Numbered from the stretch's first letter, positions 29,143 through 43,697 are shown. The stretch is DNA of 64,000 nucleotides from Salpingoeca rosetta (GCA_033442325.1 JAWQFM010000015.1:320590-384589), one strand, 5' to 3'. Notes: generated from the letters alone by a model not told the origin. A program made the numbers and translations.

Positions 29143-29878
29143 ATGCGCCGGTTGCTGGGACAAAGGGTGAGTCGTTGGATTTGAACGTTGGTCAATGCTG
29201 TGGCTGGTGATGGGTCGCAGCGTCAGACACGCACAGCGCGTGTGATTGCGCCTCTCTTCAACGCTCATCACACACATGCAAACACTCGCCTTGCCCTCCT
29301 CACCTCACATCTTCAACCCACTCACTCCACTGGCAGTCCTCGCGCCGCGACCGGCAGGCGGAGGCGGCTGCGTCAAAGTCGTCTTATGGCGAGCTGAACG
29401 TGAAGAGCCTGACCAAGGCGGGTCGCGCAGCCCTTGCTGGCGATGTGTCCAAACTCGACCAGATTATCAAGAAAGGTCAAATCAACGAACAAGACGCCGA
29501 GGGCAGGTGCGCTTATGACCACACCATGTTCTCCGCGCCCAAACACACACACGCACACACACAACGCGTGCCTGCATCTCTGACCTTGCCTTTCTTGTTC
29601 TCTTGTGATCTGCACGTATGACTGACGCGTGATGCATGCTTTGTCGTGTGTGGTCTGTGGTTGTTTCGTTCGCATAGGACGGCGCTGCACTTGGCAGCGA
29701 GTGCGGGTCACCTGTCCTGCGTCCTCAAACTGCTAGAGGGCAGGGCAGCTGTCTTGCGCGATGCACAGGGATGCACACCACTCGCCAAGGTACGCTCAAT
29801 TCCTGCGTACACTCAATTCCTGCTGTTCGCGTTACTGTTCGGCACACACGTCGGTGTCAGCTGAACCAACAACCACAC

Positions 29879-29943
<65 letters not shown>

Positions 29944-31351
29944 CACACACATGCACATGCGCAGGCGATCCAGGGCGGGCACACAGGCGTGGCGATGGCT
30001 ATCCTTCAGCAAGGGCACGGCGTGAATGTCCTCGACGACAACGGCGCCAGTCCGCTGCATATCGCGGTGCAGCACAACCAGCCCGATATTGCCCGCGTCC
30101 TGGCAGAGGGGGAGGCCGATGTCAACGCACGCGACAACGCCAGCAACACCCCACTGCACGTTGCAGCCGCCACTGGCGATGCGGGCATTGCGGATGTGCT
30201 GGTGCAGCAGGGAGCGCAACTCAATGCGGCCAACAGCGCACGTGACACGCCGCTTATGGTGGCGGCACAGCGCGGGCACGACGCCGTCGTCTCACTGCTT
30301 CTCCGCGCAGGCGCTTCGGTACGCTTTGCTTTTTTCCAAGGACGTACATGTGTGTGTGTGTGTGCGCGTGCGCGTATACATGTGTATTTTTGCATGTGTT
30401 TGCACACGTGTGTCTGTGTGTGCGGGTACATGCGTGCCTTCTTCTGCTCATAACCGATATTTTTGCCCCCACCCCCAAACTGTTGCAGACCACGTTGGCC
30501 AATGCCAGCGGGCAGACGGCAGCAGATCTCGCTCAGGCCAACGGACACCAAGCCACCGTCGACGCTCTTGGTGCGTGCCCGCTTGTGTGTTGTATTGTAT
30601 GTCCGGAAGGAGTATGTAATGATTGGCTTCTGCGTATGCTTAATGGGGCCCATCGGGATCATTCTGGCACACACATACACTCACTCACTCACGTACACTC
30701 ACTCACACACGTTCATGTTCTCAGCGCCGCCGAAGACAACGCCGCCGCCACCCGCGACAGCAGCGACGAGTGCACCCCTCGCTGAAGCCACCAGCACACT
30801 GGCAGGGGGAGCCATGCACCGACCTGCTGCTGCTACTGCTGCTGCTGATGATGGTGAAGAAGATGGTGATGGTGATGATGGTGATGACGACGATGATGCG
30901 ATGAGTGAGCTGTCGTTCCGTAAGGACGGTGGTAGTGGCGAAGACGGTGATGAAGAGGAAGATGAAGGGCAGGGACAGGCCAGGCGCAGTGGTGGCAGTG
31001 GTGTTGCACAGGCGATGGCGCAGGAATCGGCAGCAAAGCGCAGCACAACAGCAACGGCAGCAGCCGAGGGAGTTGCCCCTGGGCCTGCGGCGAAAGCCGC
31101 CAAGACCTCCGCAGCAACACACGCCACCCATTCTGATGATGACGATGATGATGGTGATGAGGATGATGCTCGTCGTGGCGGTGCTGTGTCTGCTGATGCG
31201 TCTTCCTCTGATGACTCCATGCAGGCTGCGCTGAGCAAGAAGGTGCGTGAATTCAACTTGGCACACGTGTATTGAGATGGGTTCGTGGTGGTGGTGGTGT
31301 TGGTGGTGTCGTGATGATGATATGCTCAACGCCCCAAACACACACACACAC

Positions 31352-31403
<52 letters not shown>

Positions 31404-34400
31404 CGCGCAATGTGCACATTTCCACACGCCAAACTGCACGTTCACTCATCCTCACCCTATCTCCCCTGGTGACAGCTGCGAGACACAGACACCAACCTGG
31501 ACACGCTGAAGGGGAGCGCAATTCGCGGGCGCAGCGGGAGCGTTCGTGGACACGCCGATGCCGTGCGCATGGGCGCCAGCATTATTGGCATGAAGCTTGG
31601 CTCCCGGCTTGGCCGGCCCGAGGGGCAGCACAGCGACACAGAGCACGACGATGATGAAGATGACGACGGTGGAGATAGCGGCGAGTGGGGCGTTGGCCAT
31701 GCTGAGACAGCAGCAGCCACGACTGCAGCCAGGCAGCCTGCACATGCACAGCACGGCGGTGGTCATGGTGATGAGGACGAGGATGACTGGGACTTCAGCC
31801 ACGAGGCTGCAACGAGTGCGCTGACATCCCTGGCCAAGACGCCAACGGCACAACGCACCCCAGCGGCGCAGGTTGTGCGTGGCGGTGCACACAGGGTCGG
31901 TGCTGGTGGCGAGCTGGAGTGGGACACAGACAAACTCACCAGCAGCACGCCTCGGCAGCGCGGCCAGGGCGGCCAGGGCGGCCAGGGCGGTCGTCGTCGC
32001 GCAGCGGCAGAGGACGATGACTCGCACGGCTTCTCGCACCGCCACGACAGCGACGACAGCTTTGGCCAGCTGCTCGGAGAGGGGCGGCCCCCGGTGGCGT
32101 CAGATGATGACATGCCCTCACTTGCAGAGCTCGGTATTAACGTGGCGGGATTCGAGTCGGACAACAACGCCTCCCCGGCCCAGGCCGCTTCAACCGCAAA
32201 AGGTACAGCGACAGTGCAGTGGGTGTGATTGTTTGTGTGCGTGTGTGTTTGCGTGTGTGTGTGGTGTGTGAGTGTGTGTTTGTTGTGTGTGCGTGTGTTT
32301 GCGTGTGTGTATTTGCATATGCATGTGTGGTGCGCGTGTGCGTATGCGTGTACGTGTGTGTATTTGCATATGCATGTGTGGTGCGTGCTTCTCATGTACG
32401 CATCGTGGTCCCATTTGTTGTGGACGGCATGCTGGTCATTATCCGCTCATGTGAGCGCAATGTCCCCCATATACCCTCACGGATGCATTTCATGCCATGT
32501 GCCCCTCGTCGCATGTCATCCCACCCCACCCTCTCTTTGTGCAGTGCAAGGCAGCATGATGGGTGGTGGTGATTCCGACTCGTCCTCTTCGTGGGACAGC
32601 CACTCCGACCAAGGCTCGCCACCACAGCAGCAACAGCAGCAGCAGCAGCAGCGTGGTGGTGAGGACAGCTTTCAAGAGCCATCACAGATGGAAGCGAAAG
32701 GAATGTCGCAGCTCGGCACGGGCACGGGCAAGCAAACAGGTGGTGGTGCACAAGAGACAGCGCTGCCCACCGACTACGAGGCGCTTGCACGGCGCCTCAG
32801 CTCGCAGTTCACGACAGCAAAAGGTGGCGCGGAACAGGGTGGTAGCGGCGGCGGCCGCGAGGAACAAGAGGACAATGAGGGCGAAGAGGAGAGCAACTGG
32901 GACACGGAGCCTGTCAGCGATGGTGACCATGACGCGTCGTTTGTCATGACAGCAGCAATGGGTGACGAGCGCGCAACGTCAAAGCCACAAACAGAAGAGC
33001 AGCAACCACAAACACAGACGCGCGGGGAAGACACGGCAGCCTCCACAGCGAAAGCAGCGACAGCAGCGGCAGTTGGAGGCATGAGCGGCCACGACTCCAC
33101 GGGCGATGCGGACGTGAGCGCGGATGAATCATCCTCCTTTGGTCACATCTCAGATGTGCAGCAAGCAGAGGAGCGAGCAACGACAGGGCCAGCGGCAGGG
33201 ACGACAACAGCGACAGGGGAGGAGGAGGAGAAGAAGCCATCCATGTCTGCGCTCTGGGGCACGGGTGTTCCCTCAAGAACGGCAGCAGTAGCAGCGGCGC
33301 ATACAGCTCCAGCACAAGCGTCGTCAGAGCCAGCAGCCACGCGTGTGCAAGATGATGCTGCCGATAGCGACTTTTCTGTTGGCAGTGGTTTGGATGATTT
33401 GCTCGACACGACAGCCGAGGGCAACGCAAGTGCCGTTGGCGGCAGTGGTGTTGATGCTGGTGCTGGTGCTGGTAATGATGGGAAGAAGAAGGTGCAGCGA
33501 AAGAAGGTGCAGGAGAGCGAGGCTCAGCGTAAGCTGCGTATGGACGAGGAGAGTTTGCTCGGTCAGGCCTCCACCACCACCGCTGCAGCAGCACAGCAGC
33601 TACAGCACGAGGTGAGGCTCGCAGTGTTTCTTTTGAGTGCACAATGGGCGTTGATGCGCACAAGTGTGTGTGTATGTGTGTGTGTGTGTGCGTGCGTGTA
33701 ATCCTTGTCGTTGTCAAACGCTTGCAGTGGCCATCTTCCACTCACAAAGCCAAGCCTGCTTCATTCTCATCCCTGAAAACACACGCACACACGCACACAC
33801 ACACACGCACACACACACACACACGCACACACATGCACACACATACACACACACACGCACACACACAATCGACTGCGTTAGTCGTCGCCCGTATCGTCGC
33901 CGCTGTCATCGTCATCGTCATCTGCCGCCACGCGCCAGGCGCGTAGGGACCAGGTGAAGGAGGAGCTTGCACGCGCACGGAAGCGCCGCGAACAGCCTCG
34001 ATTGCGAGCGCACACGATGAACCCCAGCAGCAGCAGCAGCAGCAGCAGCAAGAACAACAGGAAGAGGCACAGCCACGCTCAATTGAGGGGCAGGAAGAAG
34101 AGGCTTCTGCCGTCTCCGTGTCCTCGACTGCACCAAGCACCACACCAGTCACCACGGCAGCAGCAACGACGGCGGCAGCAGCGGCAGCGGCCACGCCGTC
34201 GAGTATTCGCATCAACGAAGAGCTGAACCGCACGCTTGAGAAACTTCGGGAAGAACAGCGGCGTGTGAGCGAGCGCGACAGCACAATTCGTCAGCTGCAG
34301 CAGCGCCTGAAGGAGGTTGAGGATGACGCAATGCAGGCGCGTGCCGCCGCCTCCTCCCTCGAGGGCGAACGCAGCCAGTGGACAAGCAACGCTGAGGACA

Positions 34401-37400
34401 AGGAGCGAGAGGCATCGCGACTGGGACTGGAGAACGCACGCCTCAGCGCCGAGTTGAAGTTTGCACAGGAGGAAGTTGAGCGATGGAGCAAAGAGGCCAA
34501 AGCTGCGAGTGCGCAAGCGGATGTGGCGGCAGACGCAGCAAGGCAGGAGGTGACGACGCTGAAGGAGCGCCTGCAGCAGCGGGACCGAGACGTGGTGTCT
34601 GTGGAACAGCACGTGGAGGAGCTGGAGCAGAGGCACCGCGAGACGGTGCAGAGCTTGTACGCAGCAGAGGCACGGGTGACGCGCGCAGAGGCGCAGGTGC
34701 AGCACCTGCAGCAGCAGTTGCAGGCGGCAGCTGGGGAGGGGGAGACGAGCCGCAAAGAGGAGGAGGAGATGATTGAGCGCAGGGTGCAGGCTGCCATGGA
34801 TGCGGCGCGAGCAAGCGCAGACACCGTTGCCCTGCATGAGTTGACGATAGCGCAGGCGCGCGTGACGCGGCTTGAGCAAGAGATTGCCGACCACACGCGG
34901 AGAGAGCACGCACTCGAGCGTGATGTGGACGCCCTGCGCGAAGAAAACAGCACACTCAAGTCGACGCTTGCAGAAGCCAGGGCGCGGGAGGAGCAGCTTG
35001 GTGCACAGCTGCAGCAGTCGCGGCAGCAGCTGCAGGCCAAGACTTCTGAGGCCGCCGCTGCCGCAAGTGTTACAGTGCCGTCCTCATCCTCATCATCACG
35101 CTCTCAACAGCAGCATGCCAGCGAAGAGGGTGTTGGCCAACAAGCAGGCGCACGCGAAGGAGACCACCACCAGCAGCTGCAGCAGTCATTCATGGATGAC
35201 TCTGTGCTGTTGGCTGCAGCTGGCGGGGACACTGCTGCGCTTCGCAACACACAGCAGCTGCGCCGCTTGCTGCGGGAACAGGCACGCTTGCGGGAGGAGG
35301 CTGACGAACGCGCACGCCAGCTGCGTGTCATGGTGACGGCGCTGCAAGCCCGCGAGGCGAACCAGTCTCTCAACGACAGCATCGCTGACGGCACGCGTGT
35401 CGTGCGCGTGTCTGACGAGGAGGCGCAGGACCTACTGAAAAAATTGCAGCAGCAGCTGGCTGACATGGAGGTGAGGTATGACAGCATGAGCAAGCAGTGC
35501 ACCGACATGGAGTACAGGAACATTGAGCTTGAGGGCAAGCTGCGCGACGCTCGCTCGGGCGACCACGCCTTGCGCGCGCAGTGCGTGGCCGCAGAGGCAG
35601 AGGTGGCTGAGCTCCAACGCCAGTTGACGTCCAAGGAGGAAGAGGGCACCCGCCTTCGCCAGCAGGTATCGAGCCTGCAGGCAGAATTGGAGGCGGAACA
35701 AAACGCGCTGGATGCGGCGCGGCGTCGCCTGGGCGCAGCGGAGGAGCAGGTAGAGGAGACACGGCGGGAGCTGGAGGATGCACAGGAGGAGATGCAGGCA
35801 TACCAGGAGCTGAACGACGAGAACGAGAAGCTCCGACGGCAGCTTGAGATGGAGGTGGAGGCACTGGCCGCACAGCGCGCGCAGGGTGATGACGAGCGGG
35901 CAGCGCTGCAGCGGAAGTGTGACGCGCTGAGCACCGAGTGCGAACGCCTGCGTGCGCAGGTGGCCGCCTTGGACACGCAGCTGAAGGACGAGCGGCAGCG
36001 AACAGAGGCGCGCGATGAAGAACAGCAGCAGCAGGTGGACGGCCTCATGAAGCAGGTGGCCGAGACGCGTGGCGAGCTCGAGATTGCTGCCGCCCGCGTG
36101 ACGGCGCTGACGCGCGAACTGGAGGCGTCGGAGCGCGCGCACCAGCAGACCAAAGGCCGGCTGCAGGACGCACATGCACAAGTGCACGACCTCAAACTGG
36201 ACAAGGGCGGGCTTGAGGAGGAGCTGTCGAGCGAGAAGCAGCGCCGCGCCGGTCTCGCAGCAGAGGTGGACGCACTCAAGCGCGAGATTGAGCATGCGCG
36301 CGCGTCTGGTGACGACCAGCGCTCCACGCACGAGGGCGAGAGGCGCGGTCTGCACACGCAACTGGAGACGCTTCGCCGTGATCTTGAGAGCATGACAGCC
36401 AAGCACGAGGAGGCGGCTACCAGCGCCGAGGAAGCAAGGGCACAGGCGGGCGTGCTTGAACGCAAGCTGCAGGTGTCGCAGGAGGAAGTGGCGCGCCTCA
36501 CGTCTGCTGCTGCTGATGCGACGGAGCGAGAGGAGAGTGCACGTGCAGGCATGGAGGATGCCCTGCAGCGCGTGGACGAGCTGACACACGCAAACCGGCA
36601 GCTGGAGGAGGATCTTCGCACCGAAAGCGACGCGCGGCGACGTGTTGAGGATGAGAGGCAGCAGGACTCTGACCGGGCCGCCGCATCCATGCAGCAGCTG
36701 CGGGTGGAGAAGGAAGAGCTGAGCGCCGAGGTGACGCGCGTGCAGACACAGCTGGACACGCGCACGCACGAGCTGCAGCAGCAGGTGACGGAGCTGCAGG
36801 TGCGTGTCGAGGAGACGACGCGGCAACTCGAGACGCGCGAACGCGAGATTGCGCACCTGCGCACAGACCTTGACGACACCACGGCGCTGGATACATTGCG
36901 CAAGGAGCTGGTGCTGTCCAACTCGCAGCGGGATATTGCGCAACGGGACGCAACGGCAGCACAACGCAAATGCGAGGAGCTGGAGGCGCGTGTGCAGGCC
37001 CTGCAGCGTGAGGTTGTGGACGCACAGCGCGTGGAGAGCGAGTTGCGACGTGACATTACCGCCCACGATGAGCGCATTGCAGACCTGAACAAGGACTTGC
37101 AACGCGCACACGCGCAGGAGGACCAGCACCTTGAGACGCGGGAGCGGCTGCATGGCGTACAAGAGGGGACGCGGCGGCTGGAGGGTTTGCTTGCACAGGA
37201 GACGAGTGCTCGCGAGCGGGCAGAGGACAGGTGCCGCTCGCTTGAGGAGGCCCTCGATCGCGTGCAGCAGCAGCGGGCGACGGCCGAGTCTCTCATGGGC
37301 GATGTGCAGGCGAAACTGAACAAGGCAGCAGCGGACCGCGACCAGGCAGCGGCGGCGCGGGAGGAAGCGTTGTCGAAGGTGGACGAGCTGCGGCGGCTGT

Positions 37401-38344
37401 GGGAGGCGGAGGTGCAGTCCCGCAACGCGCTGGGCATGAAGATTCTTGGCATGGAGGACGCTGCCGATGGGTGGGGCAAACAACTTGACAAGGAGCGACA
37501 GCGCGTGCGGCAGGCGCTTGAGAAGAAGCGTGCCGCAGAGTCGAAGCTGGAGGCCGTGTTCCAGCGCAACGAATCGCTGCAGCGGAAGATTGGGCGGCTG
37601 GAGTCTGAACTGCAGAAGGTGAAGGGGCGTGTGCGTAGCTACGAGAAGGGCGAGCTGCGAGCACCGGCGACGGAGACGGAGGTGAACGCGGTGAGGCAGC
37701 AGGCGCAGCAGGACATGGTGCGGCTGCAGCAGCAGGTGCAAGAGCTGCGGGACGCACACGCACGGTTGGAGGAGAGCAAGCTGTCGCTGATGCGGAAGCA
37801 CTCCGAGGCCATCAACGAGGAGAAGCGAAGCTATGATGAGCTCAAGGAGCAGCTGCTGTCGCTGCAAGACGAGCACGCTCGCGTGCTGCGTGCACTGCAG
37901 CAGGAGTATGTGCCGCGCAAGACGTTTGACGAGTACCGCGGGAACGTGGACCGGGAGGCGGAGGCGGCGCTGCGAGACAAGATCAAGGACATCAACGTTG
38001 CACTTGAGCACGACGCTGCCGTCCGCGATGCTGTGGGCGCGCACGAGCGGCTGGAGTTTGAGAAGACGCTGCAGCGACTGCGGCAGCAGGTGGCGCACAT
38101 GAAGGAGCAGCACCTGCGCCACACCACGACCAGCGTGGGTGGTGGTGTTGCTGGTGGTGTTGGCAACGATGGTGTGCCCACGCGAAGGGAGGCAGGCGGT
38201 GTTGGCAGCGGTATGCGGGTCGGCCTTGCGTCTAAGCGGCGTGGGCTTCGCGACCCACAACAACACCAAACAGGCCAGGTGAGCAAAGGATGGGGGGTTG
38301 TGGGTGGGGCGGAAGATAGATGCGTATGCGTTTGTGTGTGTGTG

Positions 38345-38427
<83 letters not shown>

Positions 38428-38551
38428 CTTGCTCGTATTACATTGATATTTTTTGGCTCACCTTTTGATGTATGCTTGTGTTTGCTGGCAGCGCTACTTG
38501 GCATCGTCGTTGTCCCGCAACCTCTACCATCACTATTCCAGCACAGAGTAG
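29143..38551 (+). CDS. ANKRD26-like ankyrin-repeat and long coiled-coil protein (centriole distal-appendage family)
   Basis: N-terminal ankyrins (LTKAGRAALAGDVSKL...RTALHLAA...GASPLHIAV...NTPLHVAA...DTPLMVAA), an acidic disordered middle, and an approximately 4.3-kb coiled-coil exon. LRRLWEAEVQSRNALGMKI and YVPRKTFDEYRGNVDREAEAALRDKIKDINVAL resemble ANKRD26/CCDC144 C-terminal segments. Last exon RYLASSLSRNLYHHYSSTE-stop. Confidence 0.75.
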
Positions 38552-39136
38552 CCGACAATTGCGTTGTGTGAGTGTGGAGTGTCGTGCAGTGTAATTGGAA
38601 GTGTGTAGTGTGAACCAGAAAGCCATAAGGGCGTGTGTGTGTGTGTGTGTGGTTTGTAGTGAGCTCGGAGCCTGGTTCCCTCAGACAGGTCCCTGTACTG
38701 TTGATGTGCACGTGAGCGCTGCGTTTGAGCGTCGCTCGTGCTTGCTTGTTTGATTGCTTGTTGTTTTTGCTGCTTGCCCTTTCCTTGCTTGTGCTTCTTT
38801 CAAATTGAACCAACAGTTATTGCTCGCTTGCCTGCTTGTCCATTCTGATGCACTCCCTCTGATTCTTTGTTCAATTCTTTCTCTCACCGCTCGACGCACG
38901 GGGGTGCAGTTGTTATGTACACATGTAAAGCGAAAACGAAAGCCAAGCAGGTGCAAGCCACTCGAAAAGAGAGATGGGACAATGATAACGCAGGCGAGCA
39001 CGCATACAACAAGAGCGGCAATGTGATGGCGTGACAGATATGGATGACAAACAAAAGGTTCAAGCAATGGACAACATGCCACGCTTCATCACGGGATAGC
39101 GGTGTGGTGCTGGGCGACGTGGTTCACAACCACCGA

Positions 39137-40278
39137 CTACACGATACGGGATGGCGGTTCACGGACTTCCAGCGGGCGGATGGAGCGTTGGAAGCGGTAA
39201 CGGAGGTCTGACGCACGCACGATGGGCAATCCCATCTGACGATGACGGGAGGAGAGTGAGTGAGAGAGAGTGTGAGTGAGTGAGTGAGAGAGAGAGTGTG
39301 TGTGTGTGTGTGAGTGAGTGAGTGAGCGAGTGAGTGAGAGAGTGAGAGAGAGAGAGAGAGAGAGAGTGAGTGAGTGAGTGAGAGTGAGTGAGTGAGTGAG
39401 AGCGAGTGAGTGGGTGTGGCACAGAAGCAAGTTGAAGGGTTTCGGAGATCCACAGGTATGCTTAACACAGTGTTGGGAAAGCGTCGGCGGCTCTCACCTG
39501 CCACAGGTCGCGCCCAAAGACGAGTTGTATTCTCTCAAATGGCGTCATCTTCGCCTCCATCTCTTCATCGTAAGACATGGGCGCCTTGTGTCGCACGTCC
39601 TTCTGCATGTGTGTGCGCATGTGGAAGTGCGTGGTTGTGAGGGTGTGCAGTTGTGCTCATGTGTACGTTGGTGTGTGAATGTGTGTGCATTCGGTGTTTC
39701 AAGCAGGGACAGACGTGTACTCGCGTCACACGTGCGCCACACATGCACCGCAGATACTCGCATAACACATGTACCACACATGCACGCACGCAGATGCACA
39801 TGCTCACCTCTCCCACGAGCATCTGCAGTGTGGTCTTGCCCTGCATGATGAGACGGCAGTGAATGCCAACAAACATGAGGAACGCCACGGACGTCGATGC
39901 AGAGAGGAAGACGCCCCAGGCAAAGAAGATGAGCTCAAAGAAGGATGGTTGCCGCAGCTGTCGCCTGCAGGATGGAGGAGCAAAGAAGAAGGGGGGGGGG
40001 TGGAATGCAAGGTGGTTAAGAGGGAGGTTAGGGTTATGGGCGTGTGTGGGTATGTGTGTGTGTGTGTGCGTGCTTGCGTGGGTGTGTGTGTGTACGCTTA
40101 GGATGTATACCACTTGGGACAGGTTTGGTGCATGGGCTGAGGGGTGCACTCACTCTGCCATGGCTTGTAGGGATGTTGTCATCGGGAAGATGGTTCCTAC
40201 AGTGGTTGAATGATGGGGGGGGGGTGCATAAGCGTGGAAGAGCCTACAATGCACACGTGTGTACACATAAATACACAT

Positions 40279-40333
<55 letters not shown>

Positions 40334-40423
40334 CACACACACACATACACAGACACACACACACACAGACACACACCCACCCCACAGACACACCCACAGA
40401 CACAGACACAGACACAGACACAC

Positions 40424-40454
<31 letters not shown>

Positions 40455-41151
40455 TACACACACACACACACGCACGCAGACGCCACGCAGCACCCCTCCC
40501 CGCTTCACTAATCAACGCACCGATGACGGTGCCGACGTGCCCCATACTGAGCAGGACGAGAAAGGCGAGGAGGACGGCGAGCCAGCTGTAGATGATGACG
40601 AGGAGAAACTGCTTGTAGTTGTGAAGGCCAATGCAGTTCCCGAGCGCCGGGCAGTGGTGGTCAAAGTCCAGCGAGCACCCTTTGCACAGCCTGCAGTGGT
40701 GCGCAGACACGGGCCGGTACCGGTTACAGTGCTTGCAGTACGTGGCCACGGACTCGAGCGTGATGATGTCCGTGTTTCGCAGGTCTGTCAGGGACTTGGT
40801 GCCGCTGTACAGCGAGCTCTCCGCCGGCAGCGGGATGATCCTGGCCGTGTACGTGGCGTAGATGGCCCACGACTGCAGCACGACGAAGATGGTGGCCACC
40901 ATGGACGCGTGGATGTTGGTCTCGCGTTCCTCCGCGGTGACGGCAACGAACGGATGAAGTACTGCCGCATACCACAGGTGGGCGAGCGCCGACAGCGTGA
41001 TGACGACGCAGATGATGGGCCCGAGCAGGAACATGTACCCCGGCAGCCGGTCGAAGGACGCATCGTCATTGAACGGGTTGATGGGGTCCACCACCTTCCT
41101 GTACCTCCCACCACCACCACCACTGCCACGCGACAGCATCGCACTGTTCAT
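39137..41151 (-). CDS. DHHC zinc-finger protein S-palmitoyltransferase, multi-exon
   Basis: CKHCNRYRPVSAHHCRLCKGCSLDFDHHCPALGNCIGLHNYKQF, four hydrophobic segments, GKTTLQ (TTxE-like) and VFGRDLWQMGLP (PaCCT-like). Confidence 0.93.
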
Positions 41152-41206
41152 CTCCCTTCTTGCTGGTCGTTGTGTGCGAAAAAGTGGTTCAGGGAGGACA
41201 GCTCAG

Positions 41207-41842
41207 ATGAGGACTGCTGTGATGAGTGTCGTAGTGAGTGTCGCGGTGAGTGCGGTGGCAGTGGCGGTGGTTGTTGCGGCGTGTCTGGGTGTGGCAGCTG
41301 CAGGGAACGACTTCACAGGACGGTGGACAGTGGTTGTGCCGCAGCGCAATGACTTTGATGCACCAGGCGCGCCCCCAGCACCCTCCTACAGGTCGCATGT
41401 GTGAGCATGTGTGTGTGTGTGTGTGTGCATGTGTGTGTGCATGTGTGTGCGTGAGTTTGCTTGCCCATCGTTGCATGTGCTCACCACTGCACATGTGTAC
41501 TTGCTGCACCACAGATACAACCATGAGCTCCTGTTTGATGCAAAGCGAGACCGCTTGCTTGTCTTCTTGGGATACTTCTACGACCATCGCCGCCATCGTC
41601 CCACTTGGTGCAGGTTCGTTCATGTGCGCGCGCGCATGTGTGTGTGTGTGTGTGTGCATGTGTGTGTGTAAATGTGTGTGTGTGTGTGCATGTGTGTGTG
41701 TGTGCATGTGTGTGTGCATGTGTGTGTGTGCATGTGTGTGTGTGTCTGTCCGTCCGTCTGCCTATCTGCATGTCCGCCGCTTCGATTGTTATGCGCTCAC
41801 ATCACTCCACATCCCTTTGGATCTGCGTCTTTCCTTCACACG

Positions 41843-41904
<62 letters not shown>

Positions 41905-43665
41905 CACTGAAGTGATACGTGGGAGTTTGACCTCGACGCGGGACACTGGAAGCTGGTGAACGATGGGAAGGACAACAGTGCACCGCAGGCCAGATACGGA
42001 CACTCAGTCGTGCTCATCGGTACCCAACATCAGGCCCGTGTTATGGGTTGACCCTGCCTCCGCTCGCACACCCATGCGCACGTGCAATACATAACATGAG
42101 CGCAGCGGTTCACTCGCGCAGCGGTTCACTCGCGCATATTCTCTCTCGCGCGCGCACTCACACGCACACTTGCTCCCCCGCACACGCGCATTCATACGAA
42201 TGCATGCAGACCCTGACACGGCTGTTCTATTCGGAGGCGACGTTGGGGATCGCAATGCCCCATATGGCGGGAAGCTCAACGACCTGTGGCTGTTTGATCT
42301 CCTCACGAACACGTGGAAGGAACTGCATCTGAACGGTGTGTGCGTGCGTGTGTTTGTATGTGTGTTTGTATGTCCGTGTGTGTTGGAGTGAGTGTGTTTG
42401 TATATGTGTCTGTGTGTTCGTGTGCGTGCGTGTGTTTGTATGTGTGTTTGTATGTCCGTGTGTGTTTGCATGTGTGTCTGTGCATGTGTGTGTTTCTGTG
42501 TGTTCGTGTACGTGTGTGGGTGTGTGCGTGCCTTGATTCAACTTCCATTGTTTGCTGTTGCCTCACCCCAGTACTTCTCACTGCTTGAATATGATTCGGG
42601 CACGTTGACAGGCCCTCTGCCACAACCAAGATCGCTGCATGCAAGCGCAGCGCTTCACGATCTGACCGGTACTCAAACTTGACAGTCTTGTCACCGTGCA
42701 TACACACTCTTGCAACCAAAAACATCTGACGTGATCGCACAAGCTTGCGTTTGCAACGCCACCCTGCCACACATTGTTGTCTTCTCGTCGTCGTCACGAT
42801 CCCCTCTCCCCCTCTCTCTTCCCCTTTGTCCTCTGACCTGTCTGTCTCTCGCACAGGCGCCTCGCACATGGTCGTGCACGGTGGGCTTGGCGTGGAGGAC
42901 ACGTGGGTGTTGGATATGACGCGGCTCAAATGGCACAAACACGTGCCGCCCACCGCCAGCGCGCACGCCCAGCCCTCCACTCCCGGCTACCGCTACGGGG
43001 CGACGCTGACGACAATGGTGGTGGATGGCCGAGAGGCGGCCGTGCTGTTTGGGGGCGGAGATCTCAACACACGCCAGCTCTTCAACGACGTGTGGGCGTT
43101 TACACTTGGCTCGCACCAAGGCGGAAGGAGGCAACGTGACAGCGACGGTGATGGTGATGGTGATGGTGATGGTGATGGTGGTGTGGTTGGCCGGTGGAAG
43201 CGGTTACAGGACGCCAGCCGTGGCCCAACAGCCAACGCACCCGTCACCACCCTCGATGGCACGTTGAAGCCGAGCGGCAGGAACTATCACGCTGCAGCCG
43301 CCGTCGCGCTTCCCTCGCATGACGCCAACAGCGCCATGCTGCTCATTTTCGGCGGAGCAAACTGCACAGGTACATGGGTGTGTGTGTGAATGTTTTCTTG
43401 TGTGTGTGTGTGTGTGTGTGCTTGTATGTGCATGCTGCCTGCTTGACACAACCTCATCCACACAACTAAATACACACACGCACACACGCATTCACACACA
43501 CAACCACAACCACAACTCATGACACTCTTGAATTGTGCAGGACAATGCAACTTGCACAATGACATGTGGTTGTTTGATCCGAGCACCACAGAATGGCACG
43601 CCGTGGTTGACGAGCAGCAGTCCATCAGCACCCGGTATGCGTGTGTGCGCGCGTGCGCGTGTGTG

Positions 43666-43697
<32 letters not shown>

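Noticed and set aside
34291-38269. Very long minus-strand ORFs (821 and 945 aa)
   Set aside because: Stop-free antisense frames expected from GC-rich E/Q/L/R codons of the plus-strand coiled-coil exon.
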